Positions 1 to 11,925 of a stretch of DNA of 64,000 nucleotides are shown here, in pieces (the stretch's first letter is position 1; each line of letters opens with the position of its first letter). A program made the translations under genes and the position numbers. Source of the DNA: Lama guanicoe. Its lineage: Eukaryota. The notes beneath the pieces were generated by a model. It was not told the origin of the DNA. It made no database searches and was given only the letters and a program-made list of their open reading frames with translations. The stretch lies in NCBI GenBank assembly GCA_013239625.1, contig MU053881.1, forward strand, positions 6,347,957-6,411,956, in the 5' to 3' direction.

Positions 1-1900
1 AGGCTCCATACTAAAACTACTAGAGCTGATAAAAGAATTTGGCATAGTATATAAGATTAACATACAGAAATTAGTTGCATTTCTTTATACTAACAATTAA
101 ATATTGGAAAAGGACAGTAAAAAAGTTTCTTCTAAAATCACATCCCAAAAAAACCCCAAAATACTTAGAACTGCAAAACATTTATGATTAAAAAAATTAC
201 GGATGACTTAAAGAAATGGAAAGATGTCCTATGTTCTTGGATTGGAAGAATTAATATTGTTAAAATTGCCATACTATCCAAAGCAATCTACAGATTTAAT
301 GAGATCCCTATCAAATTACCTATGACATTTTATATGGAATCACAAAAGACCCAGAACTGCCAAAGCAATACTGAAGAAAAGGAATCAAGCTGGAGGAATG
401 ACCCTCCCAGACTTCAGACACTGCTACAGAGCTACAGTAATGAAAACAGCATAGTATTGGCATAAAAACAGACACATGAATCAATGGAACAGAATGGAGA
501 GCCCAGAAATAAACCCACACACCCATGGTCAATTAATCTTTGACAAAGGAGGCAAGAATATACAATGGAGAAAAGACAGTTCCTTCAGCAAATGGTGTTG
601 GGAAAACTGGACAGTCATATGTAAATCAATGAAGTTAGAACACTCCCTCACATCACACACAAAAATAAACTCAGAATGGCTTAAAGATTTAAACATAAGA
701 AAAGATACTATAACCTCCTAGTAGAAAACAAAGGCAAAACATTTTCTGACATAAATCACAGCAATCTTCCCCTAGAGCGATCTAAGCAGGCAACAAAAAT
801 AAAAGCAAATTAACACACGAGACCTATTTAAACTTACAAGCTTTTGCACAGCAAAGGAAACCATAAACAAAACAAAAAGACAACCTACGGAATGGGAGAA
901 AATATTTGCAAATAATGGGACTGACAAGGTCTTAATCTCCAGAATATGTAAGCAGCTCATACAGCTTAATAACAAAAAAACAAACCACCCAATCCAGAAG
1001 GGGGCAGAAGATCTAAACAAGCAATTCTCCAATAAAGACATACAAATGGTCAATAGGCACATAAAAAAAATGCTCATTAGTATTGCTAATTATCAGAGAA
1101 ATGCAAATCAAAACTACAATGAGGTATCACCTCATGCCAATCAGAATGACTATCATTCAAATGTCCACAAATGATAGATGCTGGAGAGGGTGTGGAGAAA
1201 AGGGAGCCCTCCTACACTGTTGGTGGGAATGTAGTTTGGTGCAGCCATTGTGGAAAACAGTATGCAGATTCCTCAAAAAACTAAAAATAGACTTACCATA
1301 TGATCCAGCAATCCCACTCCTGGGCATACATCTGGAGGGAACTCTAATTTGAAAAGATACATGCACCCCAAAGTTCATAGCAGCAGTGTTATAATAGCCA
1401 AGACATGGTACAACCTAAATGTCCTTCGACAGATGACTAGATAAAGAAGTTGTGGTATATTTATACAATGGAATACTACTCAGCCATAAAAAGAATAAAA
1501 TAATGCCATTTACAACAACATGGATGGACCCAGAGATTATCATATTAAGTGAAATAAATCAGACAGGGAAAGACAAATATTATATGATATCACTGATATG
1601 TGGAATCTAAAAAACAATGATAGAAATCTCAATTACAAACCAAAAATAGACTCATGGACATAGAAAACAAACTATGGTTACCAAAGGAGAAAGGGCGGAG
1701 GAAGGCTAAATTAGGAGTTTGGGATTAACAGATACACATTACTGTATATAAAACAGATGAACAACAAGGACCTACTGCATAGCACAGGGAACTATATTCA
1801 ATATCTTATAATAACCTATAATGAAAAAGAGTATGAAAACAAATATATGTATATATATATGACTGAAGTATTATGCTCTACACTAGAAACTGACACAATT
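1..1900 (+). mobile_element. LINE-1 3' portion: disrupted ORF2 C-terminus plus cetartiodactyl-type 3' UTR (runs off the window start)
   Basis: ORF-track peptides [41 protein letters not shown] and [26 protein letters not shown] are L1 ORF2 motifs lying in different frames. An ORF2-type end GGAATCTAA occurs at ~1610, and the 3' UTR ends near ...tctacactagaaactgacaca. Confidence 0.95.
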
Positions 1901-2490
1901 AGAAAGAACAGACAAAAAATAGTAAGTATTGGTGAGGATGTGGAAAAAAGGAGCACTGTTGTGTTTTTTGTGCCCAGTTGGTGGGAATGTAAATTGGTGT
2001 AGCCACTATGGAAAATGGTATGGTAGTATGCCCCCCACCCCAAATTAAAAATAGAACCACTATATGACCTATCAATTCTACTTCTGGGTATCTATCTGAA
2101 GAAAACAAAAACACTAACTTGAAAAGATATATGCACCCCAATGTTCATTGTAGCAGTATTTATAATAGCTAAGACATGGAAACAACCTATGTGTTCATAA
2201 ACAGATGAATGGATAAAGAAAATGTACATACACACAATGGAATATTGTTCAGCCATACAAAAGAGAGAAATCCTGCCACATGCTGCAACACAAATGGACT
2301 TTAAGGGCACTATGCTAAGTGAAATCAGACAGAAAAAGACAAATACCGTATGATCAATATGATCCAATATATGTGGAATCTAAAACAAAAAAACCCCCAA
2401 ACTCACAGATACAGAGAAGAGACTGGTGGTTGACAAAGGTAGGGGATAGGATGAGGGGTCTAAAATGGGTGAAGGTGATCAAGGGAAAAA
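1901..2490 (+). mobile_element. Second, older LINE-1 3' fragment (L1MA-like)
   Basis: ORF2 3'-end motifs recur (ggtgaggatgtggaaaaaagg, gttggtgggaatgtaaattggt, cccaatgttcattgtagcag), followed by a different 3' UTR. Confidence 0.88.
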
Positions 2491-2589
2491 AGGACATAAT
2501 TTTATTATTTTGATGCAAATGTTTTACAGGAAAAAAAGACCTAATATTTTTTGAGAGCTTATTATAAGTAATCTCCTTTAAGCCTTATA

Positions 2590-2720
2590 ATATCCTCGTG
2601 AATTAAGTATTATTATTCTAACTTTAGAGACAAGAAAGCTGAGAGAGGGTCTAAGAGTTTGAGAAATTTGTCCAAAAGTCACTAAGTGGTAGAACCATGT
2701 TTGAACCCAAGACTGTACAA
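2590..2720 (-). mobile_element. MIR SINE fragment
   Basis: Matches the reverse complement of the MIR core (attattattctaactttagag...aatttgtccaaaagtcac...tttgaacccaagac). Boundaries are approximate. Confidence 0.6.
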
Positions 2721-3379
2721 CTGAAAATTGGAGGATTTTGGAGATAAAAGTCCAAAAACATATGAAACAGTACAGATTTCTCAAAAAAGTTACATGAATA
2801 AAAACATGTATTTGTACCCCTGGTATACAATGGTATCAAACTGCTAATTTCCATTCACCAAAAGAAATGGCTAGTAGAGAAATTAGCTTTCTATCTCCAC
2901 AACACAATTTTTAATACAAATGCGCCAAGGTAACAGTTGCTTATGATGATGTATCTGTATTCCCAAATGGGTTCTCACTAAAAAGCACAAGATACGTTTA
3001 AGAGATAAATGATGTTTCTACACAAACAAAAAAAGCATTTTAAAGTATTTTGATTGAGCATAAAAACGTAAGGAAAAGAAATATATTCAGGAAGAAAAGC
3101 ACAATTTCCAAAGAAAATGAAAGCTATGAATGACATTTTCTTATAATCTGTTTGCAGGTTCTCTTGTGCTTATTCCAAGAAGGGAATAATGTTTCTTATT
3201 GGCTTCTTGTGTTCTGGTAGGAGACAAGTGAAGGAGGAGCAGAGTGTTACAAGAACTGTTGTTTTAATGCTCTTGAGCAAAGTGAAATTTAACTACATGT
3301 TGAAACCTCAGTCAGTTTTACTTCAACGATGATATAGTTCTACTACATTGTAACCAGAATACTTATTAATGTGATTTTA

Positions 3380-3472
3380 GAGGCAGAGGTTATAGCTCAA
3401 GTGATAGAGCGCATGTTTAGTGTGCATAAGGTCCTGGGTTCAATCCCCAGTACCTCCATTAAAAAAATTAAA
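3380..3472 (+). mobile_element. tRNA-derived SINE (camelid-type), short form
   Basis: A-box tagctcaagtgatag, B-box gggttcaatccc, A-rich tail, and a 13-bp target-site duplication (TSD) taatgtgatttta at 3367-3379 and 3473-3485. Confidence 0.92.
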
Positions 3473-4049
3473 TAATGTGATTTTAAGTCCTTTCCTGATT
3501 TAGATACACACCACAGCCAATGATTCTTTTAAAAAGTAGAGCTCTGACACTAAATACATTTTCTTCCTAATGTTCATTTTCCCTCCTTACATGGCATAAA
3601 ATAGTTTCATTATTTTTTGTAGAATTTGATTTTTTTCAGAGGCTCCATCTAATTCTATCCATATGATTCTGAAACATAATAATATGACTTACTTGAAGGG
3701 GCCTACTCTGACCCAAGCACTTTATATATTATAAGGAAAAAAAACCCTACACATCCAGATGGTGGATCTGAACCCAGGTCAGTTTGGAATAAAATTTGTG
3801 TACTATTCTCTGTACAATACTGCTTTCTGCCATGTGTATAAACTTTTCTAGACTGCCGTGGGGAGAAAATTCTCTAACTCTCATACTCACTTATTTCTGA
3901 CAGAATTTTAATTTTACAGAATTGCTAACTGGAAATGATAACTGGTGGCTACCAGCTAACCTAGCATCACTGAAATGCTTTAGAATTAGGGAGAAGAATT
4001 CTGCAGGTGCTAAAGCTGAAAGCTTTGGCCTAGGCACAGAAACATGGCT

Positions 4050-4083
4050 CTGCATCACCTCCCCTGACCCCTAGATGGTGCTA
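4050..4083 (+). promoter_or_regulatory. Candidate CTCF site with upstream motif
   Basis: TGACCCCTAGATGGTGCTA resembles the core CCASYAGRKGGCRSY. CTGCATCACC lies 8 nt upstream of the core, at the spacing of the ZF9-11 upstream motif. Motif evidence only. Confidence 0.45.
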
Positions 4084-6349
4084 TGGGCTTAACTGCAGCA
4101 CCAGACTGAAGTGACTGGTGGAGATGTGGAGGCTGACGTCGAAGGGAAATGCTCCACTAGGTTAGAAGCCCACACAGCTTTCCTTAATTATGACCCAGCT
4201 ATGTGAGTCAGGCACAAGTAGAGCTGTAATTTTATGCAAGACGTATGTGGCAACAGAACTGTTATGAATTGATTCCTACTGACCTACATTGTAATTTCAG
4301 ACGTGAGATTGACAAAACTGCATTTTCATTGTGATTACTTTTCAGAAACAAGGACTGCTAAGCTTGTAGCTTTACAGTTTCTCCACTCATTCCTCCCTCT
4401 TCTCTCTTTCTCATCACTACGTGGTCAGTAAAAAAACAAAACAAAACAAAACAACCCTCCAAACTCCATGACACAGGACAGGTTTTGTGCAGGAGAACAG
4501 GGAGAGAGAGACAGAGGCACCTGTTTTTGAGACCTCATCCACTAGTGTTAAGAATGTAAGCTCTTCAAACTAGATTATAAACTCACTGAGGGTAGGGCAA
4601 GACTAATTAATTTAAAGACTCAATACATATCTGTTGAAAGAATAAGTTAGTAAATATGATATTCATTGTTATGAGTATAGGGGGCAGAGTTTTCATCATT
4701 GCAATTTACTTTCAAAGTTTTTCTTCAAATTCACAGGCTAGTTAGTGACAGTCCACTCTGGCTGTTACACTAGTCTTATCAACTTTATCATTCTCATGCA
4801 TCACAAGTCTCCCCCTCCTTCCAGCTTCCATTATCATTTTGATAAACATCAAGTTCTCAAGTCACCTCAGATACAAAGGCTGCCTTAGTAGAAGGGAATG
4901 GGGGAGAACTTGCCCTTCCTCCAAACTGGAAGGGGGGAGTTGAACATTATCTTTATTAGTCAAGATTTTATTAAGCAAATAGCTTTTTAATTACAGCAGT
5001 TATCTTTAAATTGTAACAGATAATTTGAAATACATTAAAATAGTAACACTCCCTTGATTTGGATTGGCAACTAATACTTCTGGTTTTATTTGATTAACTA
5101 ACATTCCATTAAGGTTTTCCAAAATAAGTGAAATTCTGTCACTCATTCTTTTCAAAATATCATTTGATTTGAGTGACATATTAAAAAAGTATGACACAAA
5201 AAACTTAACTACACGATTGCACTGGACCTATAATTTCTTAAACTCACGTTTAAAGCCATAATGATCTGCTATGCATGAGTCTTTTCTATTACAATTTGAC
5301 ATACCGTGTAATTGTAAGTCTCCTTAGTTAAACTGCTTCATGATTAAGAAATTGAAAACAATACCTAAAATTGAGACCAAAAAACAAACCACTCCCACCC
5401 CCAAAAAACAAATTGCTACTAATACAACTGGCAAATCATCTGGCTCATAAAAATTTCTCTATCTTCAGGTAAAAAATGGGATACTTTGCCATGTCAAAAT
5501 TATTTTTTAATCAAACGATGAAAAGATGAGTAAATTATAATATCCATCACCAATAAGCCTTCCTTGAGTAAGTATCAATTGACTTTGACCATAATTGATA
5601 ACCTAAGCCAGTAGTACATTCTGTTACAATTCCAGGTTCAGAAGGTTAATTATGGCCTGGCCACAGGCTCATCCGGAAACCTGAAGCCAACTACTGTATG
5701 CCCTCCTAATGAAGATGTACTGCATGTATTACAGAAGCATGCTGACAAGTGATTGGAACCTCCAACGTCAATGTAGCAAGCATTAACCTTCACCACGTCA
5801 ATTTAACTGTCATTCTCACAGTTTATATCCCGCCAGGTCCTTTTATTCTCTGAGAAAAAAAGTGTCTGATAACTGCATTTCCCTTGCAAAGGCAAGATTT
5901 CCCTTTTCATTCTAATGAATACAGAAATCAATAGTGGTAAGTCAATTCAAACTACATTATGAATTAACAATACCCCAGAAAGTTAAGAGGAGATTAGAGT
6001 GATGATGAGAGTTATCATTTGTCACCAAAATCTTTAATTTGCATGTAGATTTACTGCCCCAGTGCACAGGGCATTAGAAAAAATCAGCATCTTTTCTTTC
6101 CAAGAGGTACTTACACTGTCCCCTTATTTACAGGCAAGAAAAGAAAATGGCAGGCTGAATTATGAGCATCTACTCATAAATAAAACCAGTTTAGCAGCCT
6201 TCATTGCTTGCACCCAACACTCACTGCCAGTTTGAAGAAGAGCTAGTGTGTTCTAAGAGTTGCAGTGAATACGGTATCTTCAAGACAGCTTAGTTTCTGA
6301 ACAGATCACGTGACAATTACTAGCAATGAATTCATCTGATGGGCCATGC

Positions 6350-6519
6350 AGAAGCAGAGTGGTGTAATAAAACAAGCACTAGAATATGAGGCTGACATGC
6401 AATGGCTGTGTGCTTTACCATCTATGAGGCCTTTTAACAAAACATTTAGCCTTTCTGGATCTCAGTTTCTCTAACTGTACAACAGGAACAATAATTCTTC
6501 CTTGGTTTATCTCATAAAG
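6350..6519 (+). mobile_element. MIR SINE
   Basis: MIR core acatttagcctttctggatctcagtttctctaactgtacaacagg...ataat...tctcata. Confidence 0.65.
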
Positions 6520-6645
6520 CAGAGGGTTTCAACCACAGCTATACACTAGGATCATGTGGAACTTAAAAAAAAACAAGACATCTTAGTCCTACCCCAAGAA
6601 ATTCTTATTTAATTGGTTGAGCGTGAGGCCCAGGTATGGATATTG
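6520..6645. mobile_element. MER5-family hAT-Charlie fragment
   Basis: cagagggtttcaacc...ggatcatgtggaacttaaaaa...ccccaagaaattcttatttaattggt resembles MER5A1. Confidence 0.55.
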
Positions 6646-9600
6646 TTTTGGTGGTGGTTGTTGAGAGAAACTTCTAAATTTACTTGTAAAACTTTTTAGT
6701 ATGGAAATACTCAAACATACATAAACATAATGAATACTTTAATGAACCACAGGTACTCATTACCAAACTTCAATGGTTATCAATATTTTGCTTGTCTTGT
6801 ATAATCTATTTCTCCATCCCCCAACATTTAAAATTTTCTGTTGGAGTATTTTATGGTAAAATCTACACTGGCATTTAAAGAAAATTCCCCATGTGTATAT
6901 ATTGCACAGCCAGTATTGAGAACCACATGAGAATTCTGATAATATTTTTCACACATAAAAGAGTAACAATAAAAACAAATCCATGCTCAAATGGATTATT
7001 AGGTTCAAGCATTTTTACTGAAACTGACTGATCAACAGAATAAAATAATTTAGTGAATACCACTTGAATCATTTTCTTCCTTTGAATTGACCAGTTCTTT
7101 CACAAAACAGACCCTCCAAGGCAGCAGGAAGAAAATCTCATTTCTCCCTTCGTGCCTTGTATTTTCATCTTTACTCGACCGTCTAATAGTTCTCCAAATG
7201 CTTTGCTCCCTCAACCTGGAAAATTTACCCCCTCTCGGCCCCTCACCACCTCCCTACCCAGCCACCTCCCATTTGGTCTCAGAACCCAGATATGACCGTC
7301 ATGAAGTCCTCTGGTTCCTCTCTTCCTTCTGTCCTGCTCTCAAGTCCCAGAGAGGGGCCCCTCCTAAGGACTGCTACAGCCCTGTCTTTACCTCAGTCAC
7401 TGCTTTATCTTCTTGTACCGTTTCTTGCCAATCTCTTCATGAAATACAGGATTCTTAAGGGTAAATGATTTCCTTACAGGTTTGGTCCTTGATAGGCATT
7501 CAATATGGGAATGCTTGAGTTTTAAAAACCTTCGGTCAGCCACTTTTTCTAGGAGCCAAATTAGACATGCTCAACAGTTTGCTCATCCAGCTTACTAAGG
7601 CACCTCAACTGACTGCATTAAGGGGAGCAAGCAGGGGTGACTGCTTAAGAGATAAAAGACAGAAATATAAGAATTTATAGTGAAGCTTAATTACATTTTT
7701 TTCCAACAGTATCTCCAACCTCAGAATGGCGTGCTGCAGAGAATCCTAAGGAAATTGCCTAAATAAAAAGAACTAGAAAGTAGTAGTTTAGGGACTTAGT
7801 TTGTCTAACATAGCTCAGATGGAAAAAACTAATGAGAGGGAGAAATTAAAACAGGATTTAACATGATCCAGATTTCTTCCTTCCACTGGTTACTCATTGC
7901 TTGGAACAATTTCAGCATTGGATTTAGAAAATCACTAAGGGAAATTTCTTCAGTAGCAATTTGAAGCAGAAAATAATAAAGTTTTTTTTTAATACAACAT
8001 CACTTTACAAAATAAGAAGTCAAGAATCATAAACTTCAATTACATGGCCACAATTAATCTTTCAAAACATGATCCAAAGCCATCTTGATTCCTTTTGTAC
8101 TAGGGTATGAACTCTCTAAAAGTTCTACCAGAACTTAGAATTTTCACTAGTATCTCAGAAATAATTCATAAATAATAATCCCTCTTCTCTCTCTACCCAT
8201 AACCTTTTTTGTTGGTAAACTAGTCTTTTACGGTGGGCACGCTGACCTTTAAAAAAGTTAATAAGAACTTAGCTCCTTCTTTACAGATTCAAAATTCAGG
8301 TCCTATCCTGGTCACATGATTTTCCAAAAACTACTGTTTCCCTGTAAGTTGCAACATTTCCTCCATGTATTCAAAGTGATATTAATTTGTAATTTCTCAT
8401 TCTATCTAATCTTTACCTCTCCTTTTTAAGATCTTACCATTTTATAGAAACCATCTCTCCAGATTTACAGTATATTACTTGCTTTTAAAAACCACTCCTA
8501 TCTGCCAACAACAATCCAATTTGCACATTTAATTCTATCTCTGAGCGTGTGCCTCTTAAATATTTACTGCGTATACAGCAAACTAATTCAACATCTTTAC
8601 AAAATATTTTCCTCTTCAGATTTCCTTTCATTTCATTCCTCTTGCCAATAATACCTTCAATTCAATGACTTCATTAGTGACCTCTGCTTCAAATCCTTTT
8701 TGGGAAACAAGCAAAAACAAGCCAATAAATATACCAACACTCAGTCTCTCTTCAAAGGATTAAAGGCCACTATATAATCACAAAGAGTGTAACAATTTTC
8801 ATGACGGACAAAGTCCTCTTACATGCATTTCCTATTACTTCATCTGTTCTTCACACAATCCACTGAAATAGAAAGGGCAGTTAACGTGTCTGTTTTGGAC
8901 TGAACAGAACTAAGGCCCAGAAAGCTTATGACCTGCCAAAGGCTACTGGATTACCAAAACCCTTCTGAATTTTCTTTATCAGCATCAACAATGGATTTCC
9001 TTTGATGGGCCATAAAAACCTAATACCAGATGAAAAGGACTGTGCTTTCTCTTTATTTATAGCTAGCAATGTCTTAGATAAGTTTAACCTCAAGATGATA
9101 AAACAGAAAAGACTCATACAATCATATAAATAAAGTCTATGGACCATCTCAGTTCCAGTAATAACCTTCTCTTTTCCATGAACCATTCTAAACATGACCA
9201 AGGTTGTCACAAGCACATCAAGGGGACAGAGAGTAAAGAAAACAAAATGGAGTAAGTAACAAAACCTCCATGGCATTATGATCAACTTAGTGAGGATGGG
9301 TTTGGAATTCACACAACGAACCGCATGAGGAGTTAACGAATTTTGAAAAACTAATAAGGGAATGTGAAATTAAATGAAATTATCACAAGGAAAAGAAAAG
9401 TAGGCACAGAATATTAAAAAATTGCCAACATGAGTAAAGCAGGATTGCAGTCAGAGAAAGACAGCACAAAGTGAATGTATTTCTCTTGGGTAAACTGCAG
9501 ATAGTACCATTGGCCAAGATCAGCCAGGTAGCAAACTTCCATAATTCCTCTACCTCAAGAGAGCACAGTTTTGAAAGATCAGAAGAATTAACGTTAGAAG

Positions 9601-10497
9601 ACAGGATTAGGTAGAATGGTATACAGTTAAAAACCTACAGAATCTGATGGAGCATTTTTGCTCTCAGATGCCTAGAGAGTTTCTGTGATTATCTAAAGGA
9701 TCTGCTTCTAAGGAACACAGACATATTGGGAGGATACACTAAGGCACAAACCCACCTCAAACACACAGATCATTACATAAAGATGATGACGATGACAACA
9801 ATGATGTTGGCAATGATGAGGATAAAATAAAAGGCTCAATTTATGGAAGCATTTACAAAATGCCAGCCGCCTGTAGTTATGTTTTAGATACAGTCACTAA
9901 TCCTCATAATAACTTTGCAACACAGTCATTACTGGCCTGTTTTCACTACAGAAAATATAACAGAAATTGAATGCATCTAGCACTCAGTGACTTGCCTAAG
10001 GCAGAAATCTCTCATCACCTAACATATACAATTAAAAATCACACACACGCTGGCTGCCACAATCTCAATTGTGATCTGATGACTACTATCTTCCCTTCAA
10101 TAGAAAAGCTCGAGGCCTTGTAACAGAGTTAGCTGGTTCTTTCATTCCTTGGTCTGTTTCAGAACCTACTATGGAGCTAACATATACCAAGATATTTTGC
10201 ATGCTGGTAATCTGTACTTTGAAGGCAACGACCTTCACACCTTAAAAATCGTTTTCACACCTGATGATTATTTTTTAACAATATACCTTTTACACTAAAG
10301 TAAGGTTAGCTACCATTTATGAAGCAACTTACCACGATCTGGTACCATGTTTAAGTGTTTTATGTATGTTACGCCTCAATTAGTGGAGATCTAGGTCTAC
10401 ATGATTACAAAACCAGGAATCTTTCCAACTCATCATCTTGGCTCAAACTCAGCTTTGATTCAGTCTGCATTACTTCACTGCCCAAAGCACTAAATTA

Positions 10498-10561
10498 TGC
10501 TGTACACCAGAAACTGACACATCGTAAACTGACTATACTACAAGAAAAAATTTTTTTTTAA
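10498..10561 (+). mobile_element. Extremely 5'-truncated L1 (3' terminus only) with TSD
   Basis: tgctgtacaccagaaactgacac matches the L1 3' UTR end at ~1874-1897 and is followed by an A/T tail. The TSD copies are aaagcactaaatta (10484-10497) and aaagtgctaaatta (10562-10575). Confidence 0.8.
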
Positions 10562-10899
10562 AAAGTGCTAAATTAGACTGATGCAGATAGGGGATTATTG
10601 CTACAAGTGGAAAGGTACAGGACAGATACACACTTAATCTGACCACACTGTTAGACTGCATAAAAACTAAACTGAAAACAACCAATACACTTCTAGTCAT
10701 TTAAAAAATATCGAACTGCTTAGGCTTCATGAAAGTTACAGTAGCAATTATGACTATATCTGTCCTTTATCCCTGAAATAATCAATCAGCAGGTGCTTTT
10801 CCAGACATTCCCATGGCATATGTTAGCTCCATAAGCTATCACACAAATTGAGAGAGAAATTTATTGTTGATTTTTTCATTTTAAAGCAGTTTACTTTAT

Positions 10900-11306
10900 T
10901 ATTTTTTTAATTACATACATCGTCCTGTATATTTTTAATACAATTTTTAAAAGTTATACTCCACTTATAGTTATTACAAAATACCAGCTATATCCCTGGT
11001 GCTGTACAATATACCCCGTAGCCTATTTTGCACCCAATAGCCTGTACCTCCCACTCTCTTACCCCTGTATTGCTCCCATCCTCCACACTGGTAACCACTA
11101 TTTTTTCCTCTGTATCTGTGAGTATGCTTTTTTATGTGTGATATTCACTAGATTGTTGTATTTTTTAGATTCCATATATAGTAAGTATTATCATTTAGCA
11201 TATGTCTTTCTCTGACTTATTTCACTTAGCATAATGCCCTCCAAGTCCACTCATGTTGCTGCAAATGGTAACATTTTGTTCCTTTTTACAGCTGAGTAGT
11301 ATTCCA

Positions 11307-11354
<48 letters not shown>

Positions 11355-11925
11355 CTTATCTGTCCATTCATCAGTTGATGGACACTTTTACTTGCTTCCC
11401 TATCTTGACAACTGTGAACAATGTTGCTGTGAACAATGGGGTGCATGTATCTTTTCAAAATAGTGTTTTTGTTTTTTTCGGGTGTATGCCCAGGAGTGGA
11501 ATTGTTGGGTCATACAGTAGTTCTACTTTTAGTTTTCTGAGAAATCTCTACAATGTTTTCCACAGTGGTTGCACGAATTCATATTCCCACCAACAGTGTA
11601 CGAGGGTTCCCTTTTTTCCACATCTTCGCAAACAATTGTTATTTGTGTTCTTTTTGATGACAGACACTGTGACAGATGTGAGGTGATATCTCACTGTGCT
11701 TTTTATTTCCACTTCTCTAATGATTAACAATGCTTAGCATCTTTTCCTGTGCCTGTTGGCCATTTGCATTTCCTCTTTGGAAAAATGTCTATTCAGTTCT
11801 GCCCATTTTTTAATTGAGTCGCTTGATCTTGTGATGTTGAGTTAAACGAGCTATTTATATATATGTTGGATATTAATCCCTTATTGGTTGTATCATTTGC
11901 AAATATTTTTCCCATTCAATAGACA
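10900..11925 (-). mobile_element. LINE-1 3' end (ORF2 C-terminus plus 3' UTR)
   Basis: Minus-strand peptide [26 protein letters not shown], a reverse-complemented 3' UTR and a T-rich tail at the left end. Confidence 0.92.
11308..11352. repeat. (CA)22 microsatellite inside L1
   Basis: Perfect CA run read directly. Confidence 0.98.

Noticed and set aside
184..1378. ORFs of 70-101 aa
   Set aside because: They are frameshifted fragments or antisense frames of a dead L1 ORF2, not host genes.
3380..3460. tRNA-like sequence (also at 51034 and 54837)
   Set aside because: A-rich tails, TSDs and degenerate stems identify these as SINE copies rather than tRNA genes.
7087..7458. 123-aa ORF
   Set aside because: Non-ATG start, no recognisable domain, pyrimidine-rich composition and no clear exon boundaries.
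8926..9312. 128-aa minus-strand ORF
   Set aside because: Non-ATG start, no recognisable homology and no convincing splice sites.
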